A stretch of DNA of 62,711 nt from Chitinophagaceae bacterium (lineage in GTDB: Bacteria; Bacteroidota; Bacteroidia; Chitinophagales; Chitinophagaceae). Positions 1 to 10,611 of this stretch are shown here, piece after piece; within the stretch, counting starts at the first letter, position 1; every line of letters starts with the position of its first letter. The translations under genes and the position numbers were made by a program. Location: the NCBI GenBank assembly GCA_947452925.1, contig CANGFK010000001.1, positions 1-62,711 of the forward strand, read 5' to 3'. The notes under the pieces are model-generated. The model saw nothing but the letters and a program-made list of their open reading frames with translations. It did no database searches and was not told the DNA's origin.

Positions 1-156
1 CAACCTCGTGTATGCTTTTATGACAGTCGGGTGAGGTGTTAGCGATGTTGCCTAGGCTTTTAGCGTAGTTGTGTGCTGATTTAGGTGTACTTACTGTGAG
101 AAGGATGAAGGAACTTGTAAGTTCCAGTCACAACGACAAGCTTTGTTGATACAACT

Positions 157-1188
157 TTAATCTTCCCAAACAGTTAGTCCTTCACTGCAATTGGAGCAGA
201 TATCTATATTCTTTCGGCTCGTCATTAGCTCTTTACGGAACTGTTTGTAGTTGTCGTTGTGCCAGGTTTCTTTGAAACTTTGCGTCTTTAAATTACCCAA
301 TTGATGCGTTGCATCTTTATCAAAACAGCAAGGAACGACGAGGCCGTCCCATGTAATTACATTGGCATGCCAAAGCTTCCAACAATGGTTTTGTAACCCA
401 CTTTTGGACTTCACTTCGCCATTTTTATCCTTCTTATAGCGGCTATACTTGTCAATAGTAGGAATCAATTGGTTTGGATCATTCTGGAAATCATATACCT
501 GCGCAGTCTTAAAACGTACTTGGTCTACACCAATCTCTGCCCCTAATTTCTTTACTTCTTCTATCTGGTGTTCGTTGGGTTTCACCACCAAAAACTGAAA
601 GAAGATAAAGGGTGTTTTGCTATTCAGTTCCTTCTTCCATTTTACGATGTTCTTCGCACCTTCCAAAACCTTATCTAGCTTGCCGCCAACACGGTACTGC
701 TGGTAAACATCTTGCGTAGTACCATCAATAGAAATGATGAGTCTATCCAAACCACTTTCTACTGTCTTCTTTGCTTTTTCATCAGTCAGGTAATGCGCAT
801 TGGTACTTGTGGCGGTATAGATTCCTTTGTCACTAGCATATTTCACCATCTCCAGAAAGTCTGGGTTTAGGTAAGGTTCGCCCTGAAAATAGAAGATGAG
901 GTATAATATTTCTTTGTAAATATCATCTATGGTCTCCCGGAAAAAGTCTTTTTGTAACATGCCGGTAGGGCGCGTAAACTCACGCAGTCCACTAGGGCAT
1001 TCAGGACAACGAAGGTTGCAACTGGTGGTTGGCTCGAAAGAAATAGAGATAGGATACCCCCATTGCACTGGCTTTTTTAGTAGTTTGCTCAACTGAAAAC
1101 TAGTCATCACCAACGTTGCATTCCATAAGCGACGCAGGGTAAGCTTCTTAATCAGGTTGACACTATCGTTTAAATTGAAATAAACCAT
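157..1188 (-). CDS. Radical SAM / SPASM (twitch) domain protein
   Basis: CNLRCPEC (CxxxCxxC) motif, QGEP motif, C-terminal CWKLW...VPCCFD...CSNC cysteine cluster. Confidence 0.9.
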   Translation of the reverse strand: MVYFNLNDSVNLIKKLTLRRLWNATLVMTSFQLSKLLKKPVQWGYPISISFEPTTSCNLRCPECPSGLREFTRPTGMLQKDFFRETIDDIYKEILYLIFYFQGEPYLNPDFLEMVKYASDKGIYTATSTNAHYLTDEKAKKTVESGLDRLIISIDGTTQDVYQQYRVGGKLDKVLEGAKNIVKWKKELNSKTPFIFFQFLVVKPNEHQIEEVKKLGAEIGVDQVRFKTAQVYDFQNDPNQLIPTIDKYSRYKKDKNGEVKSKSGLQNHCWKLWHANVITWDGLVVPCCFDKDATHQLGNLKTQSFKETWHNDNYKQFRKELMTSRKNIDICSNCSEGLTVWED

Positions 1189-1314
1189 AGGCGTAAAAGT
1201 AAGCTTCCAATTTTTAACGGAAGCATAAAAGAGCGTTATACTTCCATTAATCGAAAAGAATATGTATTCTAATCCTATTAATTATCGCACATTTGTGAAC
1301 TATTTACTTAATAA

Positions 1315-2136
1315 ATGGCTAAACGAACAGCACAGAAACCGAGGGGAACACAGAAGCCACAGAAGGGAGCAACTACAAACACGAGCCGCTATGTGTGGGC
1401 AGGGGCTTTGCTTGCAATCATTTTATTTGGGTGGTATGTGGTGCATGTATGGAGGCAACAACAGGCTGAAGTTAAGGCTGAAGAAGCAATTTATGATGCC
1501 TTCGGGATAGAGATGCCCTTGCAATTTAAGATTCACGGTATTGATGTAAGCAGTTATCAAAACACTATTTCTTGGAAGAAGGTAACAGCTATGAACGTGA
1601 ATGAGGTACGAATGGGTTTTGCTTTCATAAAAGCGACAGAAGGATTAGGCAATGTGGATGAAAATTATAAAAAAAACTACCAGAATGCCAAGAAAGCGGG
1701 AATGGTGTGTGGGGCATATCATTTCTTTTTGGCGACTAAAAGCGGGGTATTGCAAGCTAATAATTACTTGAAGAATGTAAAGCTTTCTACAGGCGACTTA
1801 CCCCCCGTGGTAGATATTGAACAATTGTATGGCGTTCCTCCTGCTATGATGCGTAAACGCTTGATGGAGTGGTTGACCACCGTTGAGGCCACATACAAAA
1901 TAAAGCCAATCATCTACAGCAATGTGGAGTTTTATGAACGTAACCTTGGTAGTGACTTTGATGGTTATCCGCTGTGGGTTGCACATTATAATGCTCCTGA
2001 TAAACCTAGAATTGGTCGCGACTGGACGTTCTGGCAACATAGCGAAGCTGGACACATTAATGGGATAACTAGTTTGGTTGATTGCGATGTATTCAACGGA
2101 GATTCTACTAATTTCAAGAAGTTATTGTTGAAATAA
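1315..2136 (+). CDS. GH25 lysozyme/muramidase with N-terminal membrane anchor
   Basis: GIDVSSYQ, FIKATEG, GAYHFF, PPVVDIE (DxE), WTFWQHS motifs; TM segment near aa 27-45. Confidence 0.92.
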   Translation: MAKRTAQKPRGTQKPQKGATTNTSRYVWAGALLAIILFGWYVVHVWRQQQAEVKAEEAIYDAFGIEMPLQFKIHGIDVSSYQNTISWKKVTAMNVNEVRMGFAFIKATEGLGNVDENYKKNYQNAKKAGMVCGAYHFFLATKSGVLQANNYLKNVKLSTGDLPPVVDIEQLYGVPPAMMRKRLMEWLTTVEATYKIKPIIYSNVEFYERNLGSDFDGYPLWVAHYNAPDKPRIGRDWTFWQHSEAGHINGITSLVDCDVFNGDSTNFKKLLLK

Positions 2137-2146
2137 GAATTTAAAT

Positions 2147-2287
2147 ACATAGGCACAGTAGGCATATAGGGAAGAAAAGAGAGTTAAGGTAACATATTAA
2201 AATAGAAAGAGAGAATGACATTAGCCATTCTCTCTTCTTATTTTAATGCTTCTTAAAAACTTATGCGTCTACTGTGTCTATGTGGTA
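2147..2287. repeat. REP-like nested palindrome with 9-bp-periodic arms; probable bidirectional terminator
   Basis: acataggcacagtaggcatatag (2147-2169) pairs with ttatgcgtctactgtgtctatgt (2261-2283); inner hairpin aagagagaatg/cattctctctt; related copy at 9116-9278. Confidence 0.7.
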
Positions 2288-2297
2288 ATAGTATCTA

Positions 2298-4145
2298 CTA
2301 TAACATCTTCAAGATGGTATCTATTAACTCTTGCTTCGTAATCGGAATACCCATAATCTTATTGTATGGTTGTGCATCCACAAAATATACATCACGGATA
2401 ATCTTTACCAACTGTCCATTGTTTATTTCTGGTATTAATACCTTATCGAAGTTCTTGATAATATCCCCCAAATTTCTAGGGAAAGGACGGATGTAACGTA
2501 TGTGCGCATGACTAACGGCATAGCCATCTGCTTGCAATTCCAACACAGCACTCTTGATGGCACCATAAGTACTTCCCCATCCAATTACCAAAACTTTACC
2601 TTTTTCTGGACCACTGTCAATGGTTTGAAGTGGAATATAATCAGCAATTTTATCAACCTTGGCTTGGCGAGTCTTCACCATGTGTTGGTGATTATCAGAA
2701 TCATAACTAATATTACCCGTAATATCTTGCTTTTCCAATCCACCTACCCTATGTTCCAATCCTTTTGTACCAGGAATAGCCCATGGACGAACCAATTTAT
2801 CATCTCTTCTATAAGGCATAAACTTCTCCTCGCCCTCCACAGGTGTTTCCTTAAACTTAACGTCTATAGACGGTAAGTCGGCACTTGTTGGAAACTTCCA
2901 AGGTTCAGCACCATTGGCAATATAACCATCACTCAACAATATAATTGGCGTCATGTGTTGCACGGCAATCCTTACAGATTCAAAAGCCACATCAAAACAA
3001 TCGCTAGGGGTTGCAGAAGCAATTACAGGCATCGGGCATTCACCATTACGTCCGTAATAAGCTTGCAACAAATCGCTTTGTTCTGTTTTCGTAGGCAATC
3101 CAGTAGAGGGTCCACCACGTTGAATGTTTACGATTACCAAAGGAATTTCCAACATTACCGCTAATCCCATTGCCTCCGCTTTCAAAGCCATACCCGGACC
3201 ACTAGTTGTAGTTATGCCAAGGCTACCTCCGTAACTTGCACCAATTACCGAAGTAATGGCAGCTATCTCATCTTCTGCTTGGAACGTGCGGATACCAAAA
3301 TTCTTATATTTACTAAGCTCGTGTAAAATATCAGACGCTGGAGTGATAGGATAAGTCCCTAAAAAGATAGGTAACTCACTCTTTACACCTGCTGCAATCA
3401 AGCCATAAGCCAACGCTTGGTTTCCCATGATGCTGCGGTAATGACCCGGCTCCATCTTCGCTTTCTCAACAGTATAACGCGTACTGAAAGTTTCGGTGGT
3501 GTCGCCATAATTATATCCCGCTTGCAATACCTTGATATTACTTTGAAGGATACTCTCTTTTTTGCCAAACTTCTCTTCCAAGAAATCTATGGTACTCACC
3601 AAATCGCGGTTATACATCCAATAGATAAAACCTAGCACAAACATATTCTTTGCACGGTCACGCTCTTTGGTTCCTAAGTCGGTAAAATCTTTTACCGCTT
3701 CACGGGTAAGCTTGGTTACGTCTACTTTTATCAGTTCATACCCTTCCAAGCTACCATCTTCCAGCGGATTTATACCATCGGGATAGTTTGCCAAACGAAG
3801 ATTTTTACTATCAAAACCATCAATGTTAGCTATTATTTTACCTGCTTTCTTCAATCCCTTCAGGTTCACTTTCAGCGCAGCAGCATTCATAGCCACCAAC
3901 ACATCGCACGAATCGCCGGGGGTATATACTTTGTTTGAAGAGAAGTGCACCTGAAACCCGCTCACACCTGGCACAGTACCTATTGGAGCACGGATTTCGG
4001 CTGGAAAGTCTGGGAAAGTTGCTAGATCAATACCCAGCAAAGCGGTATTGTTTGTAAACTGTTGACCAGTCAATTGCATACCGTCGCCACTGTCACCAGC
4101 AAACTTTATTACTACGTCTTGTAAAACCTGTTCTTGCTTACTCAT
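2298..4145 (-). CDS. korA: 2-oxoacid:ferredoxin oxidoreductase alpha subunit (gamma-alpha fusion)
   Basis: FAGDSGDGMQLTG, YPITPAS, QAEDEIAA, TSGPG, QRGGPSTGLPTKTEQ motifs. Confidence 0.92.
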   Translation of the reverse strand: MSKQEQVLQDVVIKFAGDSGDGMQLTGQQFTNNTALLGIDLATFPDFPAEIRAPIGTVPGVSGFQVHFSSNKVYTPGDSCDVLVAMNAAALKVNLKGLKKAGKIIANIDGFDSKNLRLANYPDGINPLEDGSLEGYELIKVDVTKLTREAVKDFTDLGTKERDRAKNMFVLGFIYWMYNRDLVSTIDFLEEKFGKKESILQSNIKVLQAGYNYGDTTETFSTRYTVEKAKMEPGHYRSIMGNQALAYGLIAAGVKSELPIFLGTYPITPASDILHELSKYKNFGIRTFQAEDEIAAITSVIGASYGGSLGITTTSGPGMALKAEAMGLAVMLEIPLVIVNIQRGGPSTGLPTKTEQSDLLQAYYGRNGECPMPVIASATPSDCFDVAFESVRIAVQHMTPIILLSDGYIANGAEPWKFPTSADLPSIDVKFKETPVEGEEKFMPYRRDDKLVRPWAIPGTKGLEHRVGGLEKQDITGNISYDSDNHQHMVKTRQAKVDKIADYIPLQTIDSGPEKGKVLVIGWGSTYGAIKSAVLELQADGYAVSHAHIRYIRPFPRNLGDIIKNFDKVLIPEINNGQLVKIIRDVYFVDAQPYNKIMGIPITKQELIDTILKML

Positions 4146-4223
4146 TATAAAGGAACAAAAAGAATGAAACTAATGTTGCAAATTGATTGAATCAATGGCA
4201 ACCAGTTGCCCAAAAAAGGAGCG

Positions 4224-4231
4224 CAAAAGTA
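4224..4231 (-). promoter_or_regulatory. Bacteroidota sigma-A -7 promoter element (TAnnTTTG) for korA
   Basis: caaaagta on + strand = TACTTTTG on - strand, about 80 bp upstream of the start. Confidence 0.55.
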
Positions 4232-4569
4232 AGATTATTGTTTTATAAGGGTTGTGTTTTTTTAAAATGAGTACCGCATCAAGGGGCTTTAATCAGAAAC
4301 TAAAGCATTATATTTCTTATGCCGAAAGAAAATGAGTCTGAAGATCTCAATTATTTATGTTAAAAAATATCTGCTTAATGAATAAAAAGGGTTCATTAAA
4401 ATCAGCCTCCTGGTTTAATAAGCTAAAAACACAGCCGTTCAAATTGCGTTGATTTAGCTAAAATAAACCCTCTTTATCATTCATTTTCTAACTCTTTTTT
4501 ACCAAAATAATTCTATTTGGCAACAATTGCTTATCCTTACACCCCGAATCACGTATAAAACAACTGCAA

Positions 4570-5568
4570 ATGAAATCGTTTAGCATCGAAGAGATAAATG
4601 CCTCACTAAAAGGCATATTGGTAGGAACTACTACTCATACTATTGCTAGTCCCGAGCAACTGGAACTAGCCAACAACAATCAGATTACTTTTATAGGTGA
4701 TCGTAAATACATCAAGTTATGGGAAACATCTAAAGCTTGTGCTGCCATTGTAAATGAAGACTTTGATATTGAACCTGGTGAAAACAGAGCATTGATTAAG
4801 GTAAAGAATGCAGACATTGCAATGGCGCAGTTGCTGGAACTGTTTGTAGAGGATGGTCCTGTTTTCGAGGAGGAAATTCACCCTAATGCTGTTATTCATC
4901 CTACTGCCACTATTGGAGCGGGTTGTAAAATTGGTGCAGGGTGTTATATTGGTAAAAACGTGACTATTGGACAAGGTACAACACTCTATCCAAACGTAAC
5001 CATATTCGACAATGTTTCCATTGGCAATGCAACAACAATATGGTCTGGCACTGTTGTACGTGAGCGTTGTGTGGTGGGAAGCTACTGTATCATTCATTCT
5101 AATGTGAGTATTGGCGCAGATGGCTTTGGTTTCAGGCCAAGCCCCGATGGTAAAGGTCTGTTGAAGATACCGCATATTGGTAATGTGGTGATAGGTAATG
5201 GCGTGGAAATAGGATCTAGTACTTGTATTGACAGAGGTAAATTTAGTTCAACCGTTGTGGGTGATGGTTGCAAGATTGACAACTTGGTACAGATAGGGCA
5301 TAACAGCAGGATGGGAAGATGTTGTATCATGGCAGGAGCAAGTGGTTTGGCGGGTTCTGTGACACTTGGAGATGGTGTGATGGTGGGTGGAGGCGCCTGC
5401 ATTTCCGATCACGTTACGCTTGGTAATGGGGTAATGGTCGGTGGAGGTTCGGGTGTGATGAGTGACTTCGGCGATGGTAAGAAGGTACTTGGTTATCCGG
5501 CAGCAGAGTCTAAGGACATGCTTAAACAATGGGTGGTATTGAGAAAACTGGCTAAGGAATCTAAATAG
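4570..5568 (+). CDS. lpxD: UDP-3-O-(3-hydroxymyristoyl)glucosamine N-acyltransferase (stand-alone copy)
   Basis: Hexapeptide repeats, IGADGFGF, IDRG, KIDNLVQIGHN. Confidence 0.92.
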   Translation: MKSFSIEEINASLKGILVGTTTHTIASPEQLELANNNQITFIGDRKYIKLWETSKACAAIVNEDFDIEPGENRALIKVKNADIAMAQLLELFVEDGPVFEEEIHPNAVIHPTATIGAGCKIGAGCYIGKNVTIGQGTTLYPNVTIFDNVSIGNATTIWSGTVVRERCVVGSYCIIHSNVSIGADGFGFRPSPDGKGLLKIPHIGNVVIGNGVEIGSSTCIDRGKFSSTVVGDGCKIDNLVQIGHNSRMGRCCIMAGASGLAGSVTLGDGVMVGGGACISDHVTLGNGVMVGGGSGVMSDFGDGKKVLGYPAAESKDMLKQWVVLRKLAKESK

Positions 5569-5593
5569 CCGTTCCAATAAACTGATAATACTG

Positions 5594-5634
5594 AAAAAGG
5601 GATAGAATCTACAAATGATTCTATCCCTTTTTTT
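5594..5634. terminator. Bidirectional rho-independent terminator
   Basis: aaaaagggatagaatc...gattctatcccttttttt between convergent genes. Confidence 0.85.
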
Positions 5635-5663
5635 AGTTTATAAACAAGCTGTTATGATGCTGA

Positions 5664-6485
5664 TTAACGCTGTGGTTTGTAATACTTAGCCACAGTTTCA
5701 TCCATAATACTCTGCAGTTGTGCTATTCTATTTGCGTCACTTGGGTGGGTACTTGCAAATTCTGGTGGTTTTTGTCCGCCTGCCATTTGCTCCATTCTAT
5801 GCCAGAAGTTAATTGCTTCATGAGGGTCATAACCAGCAAGCGCCGTAAAGACAAGACCATACTTATCTGCTTCATATTCATTCTGGCGACTAAACGGAAG
5901 CATAATACCATATTGTGTTCCTAAGCCGTATGCCGACCCATACAAAGCCTGTGTTTCTTTGGGTTTATTAGCGATAGCCATTGACAATGCCTGACCTCCA
6001 AGTTGTTGAAGCAGTGCCTGACTCATTCTTTCTTTACCATGTTTTGCCAAAGCATGCGTTACTTCATGTCCGATAACTACTGCCAAAGCTGCCTCATTTT
6101 GGGTAACAGGAAGAATACCTGTGTACACAACTATTTTTCCTCCGGGCATGCACCAGGCATTTGCTTCATTACTCACAACGGTGTTTATCTCCCATGAATA
6201 ATCACTCAGTTCATCGGTTCTGCCAAGGTCGGCATAGTATTTCTGCACCGCAGCAATAATGCGTTTACTCACTCTGGTTACCATAGCTGCGTCCTTACTA
6301 CCACTATTAGGGGCAATTACTTTGTTGGTACTCAGAAACTGTTGATACTGGCTTGCTGAAGTGGTAATGACTTCTTGATCGGAAACCAAGCTCAACTCAC
6401 TTCTATGCGTAAGGGTATTGGTAGTGCATCTGGTAAAGCCAATGGCTAAAACGATACAAGAAACAACGAAAGAATACTTCTTCAT
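5664..6485 (-). CDS. M48 family zinc metallopeptidase, probable lipoprotein
   Basis: NAWCMPGG, HEVTH (HExxH), EYEAD, STHPS motifs; N-terminal signal ending in Cys. Confidence 0.92.
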   Translation of the reverse strand: MKKYSFVVSCIVLAIGFTRCTTNTLTHRSELSLVSDQEVITTSASQYQQFLSTNKVIAPNSGSKDAAMVTRVSKRIIAAVQKYYADLGRTDELSDYSWEINTVVSNEANAWCMPGGKIVVYTGILPVTQNEAALAVVIGHEVTHALAKHGKERMSQALLQQLGGQALSMAIANKPKETQALYGSAYGLGTQYGIMLPFSRQNEYEADKYGLVFTALAGYDPHEAINFWHRMEQMAGGQKPPEFASTHPSDANRIAQLQSIMDETVAKYYKPQR

Positions 6486-6721
6486 AATGATTTAGTGAAT
6501 GTTAGTTTATTCAAGGCAAAAGTAAAGACTTGTGATTATGTTATGCTAAGAAGCTTTTTTATTTAATGAAAATCACACCTCCATCTACCAATAACTACCC
6601 GCTAAAACAGCAGCTTATTACAATGAATGACTACTGTACTTACTCAATTTAATGTGTAAATTTTACATATTATAAACCTAAAGTAATAAGTTTGCAACCA
6701 CAATTACAAAATACACGCTTT

Positions 6722-9076
6722 ATGAAACGATTACTTGTTGTTATAATTGCCTTTTTATTCACTACTAAATCTATCTGCCAAATGAACCGTATCAGCGAGC
6801 AGGCCGGTAATGTAATTAAGGAATCTATTGTAGACGGGGGTGTGGATTTGCAGCTTTCCAATGGCTACGCACGCATCACTGCCTACAATGCAACAACCCT
6901 TCGCATACGCGTTGGCAAGAATTCGTTTACTACAGACCATTCTTTTGCGGTCGATAACCTCCGTGCAACAGTTAAATTACAAGTACTGAAATCCGAAGGA
7001 ACGGATAAGGTTTACGCAACAGATTCATTGGTGGTGAAGGTTGCCACGCATCCCTTCAGGGTAAGTATTTATAACCACAACAACCAGTTACTTTGTGCCG
7101 ATGAGGCAACGCTTGGGGTGAGTTGGTATGGCGATAAGGTAAGTTGCTACAAACAACTGCACAGTGATGAAAAGTTTATTGGGTTGGGAGAGAAGACGGG
7201 GGACATTAACCGAAGGGGCAATTTCTATCAGAACTGGAATACGGATGCGCCTGCCTATGCCAATAATGCCGACCCCCTATATGCAACCATACCCTTCTTT
7301 ATTGGGGTACACGACAGACTTACCTATGGGATATTCTTCGATAACAGCAATAAGTCTTACTTCAATTTTGGTGGTGGCGCAGATGAAGAACTGTTTCATT
7401 TTGGTGCCGATGATGGTGAGATGAATTACTATTTCTTTGGCGGAAACACTGTTGCCAGTATCATCAACGACTACACCAACCTCACGGGCAGAACACCTAT
7501 GCCACCGTTGTGGAGCTTGGGTTTTCAGCAATCCAGATGGGGGTATGACAATCAGGAACAACTGTTGACAATCGCCAAGACCTTCCGTGAGAAAAAGCTG
7601 CCTGCCGATGTAATTGTGAGTGACATCAACTACATGGACAACTATAAAGTGTTCACCTGGAGCAGCAAGTATCCCGATGTAAAGGGGATGTTGGGACAGA
7701 TGAAGGGGATGGGTTTTGATATGGTGACCATCATAGACCCGGGCATTAAAGTAGAGAAAGGTTATAAGGCTTATGAGGACGGACTGGCGGGCAATCACTT
7801 TGCAAAGTATCCTGGTGGGCGACCATACATCGGGCATGTCTGGCCCGGCCGTTGTCACTTTCCCGATTTCACCAAAGAAGAAACAAGAAAGTGGTGGGGC
7901 GATCAATTCAAGCAACCTTATATAGACAATGGTGTGAAGGGTTTTTGGAATGATATGAACGAGCCCGCCGCTTGGGGCAGAGAGTTTCCTAACCTGATTG
8001 AGTTTGGCGAGGGTAAAGACAAGAAGACACTCTATAATGTGAAGAATGCTTATGGTTTGTTGATGGCACGCTCCACTTATGAAGGCGCACGACGCGGTCT
8101 GAACGGGCAGCGTCCTTTCGTGCTTACCCGAGCTTCCTATTCTGGGGTTCAGAAGTATTCTGCGCAATGGACGGGCGATAATGTGAGCAGCGATGACCAC
8201 ATGCTACTAGGTTTCCGCCTGCTAAACAGTATGGGACTAAGCGGTATCCCGTATGTGGGGATGGATATTGGTGGTTTTATGGGCAATCCTTCGCCCGAGT
8301 TATTTATCCGTTGGTTGAGTCTGGGCGTTTATAGTCCCCTGTTTCGCAATCATACTTGCATTGACTATAATTACAGAGAGCCGTGGTTGTTTGGCGAAGC
8401 AAATACGGTTAAGATAAGGGCTATTCTGGAGCAACGATACAAGTTGTTACCGCATTTGTATAGTGCGTTCTACCAGGCACATCAAACCGGGATGCCCATC
8501 AACAGGATGTTACCGATTGACTATACTTTCGATGACAATGCATATAGCAATAAGTACCAGAATCAGTTTCTTTTTGGTAATGGCCTATTGGTTTGTCCCG
8601 TTGCGTCCACTCAAAATAGTACGGAAGTCTACCTGCCCGGCAAAGGCAACTGGTATCGCTTTGGTAATGATAAAATCTATGCCGGCGGAAGCAATTACTT
8701 CGTAGAGAGTCCGTTGGAAGATCTGCCTGTGTTCATTAAGGCGGGGGGTATTATTCCTATGCAATCTGCTGTTCAGAATACAAAAGAAAGAGGCGATGGC
8801 ATCTTATACCTTCATATATATAAAGGAATGGAGCAAAATGTCTACACTTACTATGAGGATGATGGTAACACCTACGACTATGAAAAAGGAGTGTTTTACA
8901 AAAGAGACATCGTGTACAATCCACAATCTTTACTCATCCTGAAAGCCAAAGAAGGAAGCTTTAACAGCAAGTTTAAAAAGGTGAAAGTGGTGCTACACGG
9001 ATTCAAACAAAACACATCCAAGGAGTACGATTTAACGGATGGCGAAATGGTGATTCAACTGCCTGAATACAATTAG
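6722..9076 (+). CDS. GH31 alpha-glucosidase family glycoside hydrolase, secreted
   Basis: GFWNDMNEP nucleophile motif, WTGDN, DIGGF. Start moved to ATG 6722 because TAAGTTTG (6687-6694) overlaps the ORF-track TTG and MKRLL begins a signal peptide. Confidence 0.92.
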   Translation: MKRLLVVIIAFLFTTKSICQMNRISEQAGNVIKESIVDGGVDLQLSNGYARITAYNATTLRIRVGKNSFTTDHSFAVDNLRATVKLQVLKSEGTDKVYATDSLVVKVATHPFRVSIYNHNNQLLCADEATLGVSWYGDKVSCYKQLHSDEKFIGLGEKTGDINRRGNFYQNWNTDAPAYANNADPLYATIPFFIGVHDRLTYGIFFDNSNKSYFNFGGGADEELFHFGADDGEMNYYFFGGNTVASIINDYTNLTGRTPMPPLWSLGFQQSRWGYDNQEQLLTIAKTFREKKLPADVIVSDINYMDNYKVFTWSSKYPDVKGMLGQMKGMGFDMVTIIDPGIKVEKGYKAYEDGLAGNHFAKYPGGRPYIGHVWPGRCHFPDFTKEETRKWWGDQFKQPYIDNGVKGFWNDMNEPAAWGREFPNLIEFGEGKDKKTLYNVKNAYGLLMARSTYEGARRGLNGQRPFVLTRASYSGVQKYSAQWTGDNVSSDDHMLLGFRLLNSMGLSGIPYVGMDIGGFMGNPSPELFIRWLSLGVYSPLFRNHTCIDYNYREPWLFGEANTVKIRAILEQRYKLLPHLYSAFYQAHQTGMPINRMLPIDYTFDDNAYSNKYQNQFLFGNGLLVCPVASTQNSTEVYLPGKGNWYRFGNDKIYAGGSNYFVESPLEDLPVFIKAGGIIPMQSAVQNTKERGDGILYLHIYKGMEQNVYTYYEDDGNTYDYEKGVFYKRDIVYNPQSLLILKAKEGSFNSKFKKVKVVLHGFKQNTSKEYDLTDGEMVIQLPEYN

Positions 9077-9115
9077 TCGGTCGATGTGAAGCTGATATAC
9101 CAACATTTAAAAATT

Positions 9116-9278
9116 CACCACATAGGCACAGTAGGCACATAGTGTTTGCCATTAGTTTAGATAAGGGCACATAGAATGAGGCAGTTGTTAGATACCACTC
9201 AAGTCTATGTGACCTACTAGTGAAACGCTTTTTCTCTCCTATAACCTTTCCTTTATGCCTTATGTGGCTATGTGGTAA
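9116..9278. repeat. REP-like palindromic element, same family as 2147-2287
   Basis: accacataggcacagtaggcacatag ... ctatgtgacctac ... ccttatgtggctatgtggt. Confidence 0.7.
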
Positions 9279-9439
9279 GGAAATCACTGCGCTAGCAAGC
9301 GTTCGTAAACATGTTTAAGGAGCATTAGTAAATGTATATAGAAGCGAGTTTTCTTACTTCTATTATTGCTTTAAGTGCGTTACACTAAATGAATCTATAT
9401 ACGCATCATAGCCTGATTAGTTATAGATTTGTTTTTCCG

Positions 9440-10258
9440 ATGAAGAAAGTATTGCAGCATAAGTCGTCACAAATAGCCTACTATACCTATGGTAGTGGGA
9501 ACGATGTACTGTTCTGTTTTCACGGTTATGGACTAACGGGCGAAAGCTTTGCTATCATGCAACCCGTTCTTGAAACCGATTATACCCTTATCTGTATCGA
9601 TCTCCCCTTTCATGGAGCTACCAACTGGCAAGAAGGACTTTCTTTTTCTGAGGAAGACCTGTGGGAAGTACTATTGCTACTCAAACCCTTGTCTGACAAA
9701 CCTTTCAGCCTGATGGGCTACAGCATGGGCGGCAGAATTGCCCTTAGTTTGCTGGAGAAACATCCCCAACAAATAAAGCAAGTGGCATTGGTTGCGCCCG
9801 ACGGACTAAAGTTTAACTGGTGGCAGGCTATTTCAACGCGCACTGCTGTTGGCAACTTACTTTTTCGTTACACCATGCAGCATCCACAATGGCTTTTTGC
9901 CTTGATACGGGTAGCGAGTTTTTGTAAACTGATTGATAGGTCTGTTGAGGTGTTTACGCTTCTGTACATTAGTGAGGAACAAGAGCGTCAGTTGTTGTAT
10001 AAAAGGTGGCATGCCATGAGGGACTACGCACCACGATTGAGTGAATTACGAAAGCTAATTAATCAATACAAAATACCCGTAAATCTGTTGTTTGGAGCGT
10101 ACGACAAGGTAATTACCACCAATCAGGGCTATGCGTTCAAGAAAAACGAGCCACTCATTACCATTAGGGAGTTGAAGTGTGGGCATCAGTTGATAAAAGA
10201 AAAGTACGCTGCGGAAGTGGGGCAGTTGTTGGGGAAGAATATACCGACAGCCATTTAA
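9440..10258 (+). CDS. Alpha/beta fold hydrolase
   Basis: FHGYG, DLPFHG, GYSMGG nucleophile elbow, C-terminal GH; probable start MKKVLQ. Confidence 0.88.
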   Translation: MKKVLQHKSSQIAYYTYGSGNDVLFCFHGYGLTGESFAIMQPVLETDYTLICIDLPFHGATNWQEGLSFSEEDLWEVLLLLKPLSDKPFSLMGYSMGGRIALSLLEKHPQQIKQVALVAPDGLKFNWWQAISTRTAVGNLLFRYTMQHPQWLFALIRVASFCKLIDRSVEVFTLLYISEEQERQLLYKRWHAMRDYAPRLSELRKLINQYKIPVNLLFGAYDKVITTNQGYAFKKNEPLITIRELKCGHQLIKEKYAAEVGQLLGKNIPTAI

Positions 10259-10271
10259 ATCAAATAATTTT

Positions 10272-10296
10272 TGTACGGAAATTATACGTACATTCG
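10272..10296 (+). promoter_or_regulatory. Inverted-repeat operator overlapping the promoter of the TA operon
   Basis: TGTACG-N9-CGTACA (10272-10292) overlapping TACATTCG, a -7-like element. Confidence 0.55.
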
Positions 10297-10320
10297 TCTG
10301 GTAAATAAATACAAACAACA

Positions 10321-10611
10321 ATGCAAACAGCACAAAAAGCTAGATTAGATACCCGATTACTTAAAGAGCAAAAGGAACTGTTTGAATACGCAGCAACTTT
10401 GGGTGGTTTCAGTACCTTAACCGACTTTGTTGTTTATGCTTTGCAACAACAATCAAATACCATCATCGAAAAATATAAGTATCAGAATGCTTTCTTAGCA
10501 TCAAAAAAAGATCAAGAGATTTTTTTTGATGCCATTACAAATCCCCAGCCTCCTAATGAAGCTTTGAGGAATGCAGCAAAGCACTACAATCAAGAACTCA
10601 ATGCCAAATGA
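10321..10611 (+). CDS. DUF1778 (RHH) antitoxin, TacA/AtaR-like
   Basis: ARLDTRL...KELFEYAA...LTDFV...FFDAITNPQPPNEALRNA; 4-bp ATGA overlap with the GNAT gene. Confidence 0.88.
   Translation: MQTAQKARLDTRLLKEQKELFEYAATLGGFSTLTDFVVYALQQQSNTIIEKYKYQNAFLASKKDQEIFFDAITNPQPPNEALRNAAKHYNQELNAK

Noticed and set aside
157-1510. RiPP cluster around the radical SAM/SPASM gene
   Set aside because: No credible precursor peptide, transporter or peptidase nearby; 1262-1510 is an out-of-frame overlap of GH25
1315-2136. Phage endolysin
   Set aside because: Membrane-anchored GH25 in a housekeeping context, with no holin or phage genes
7277-8200. 307-aa minus-strand ORF
   Set aside because: Antisense shadow of the GH31 gene, with no motifs
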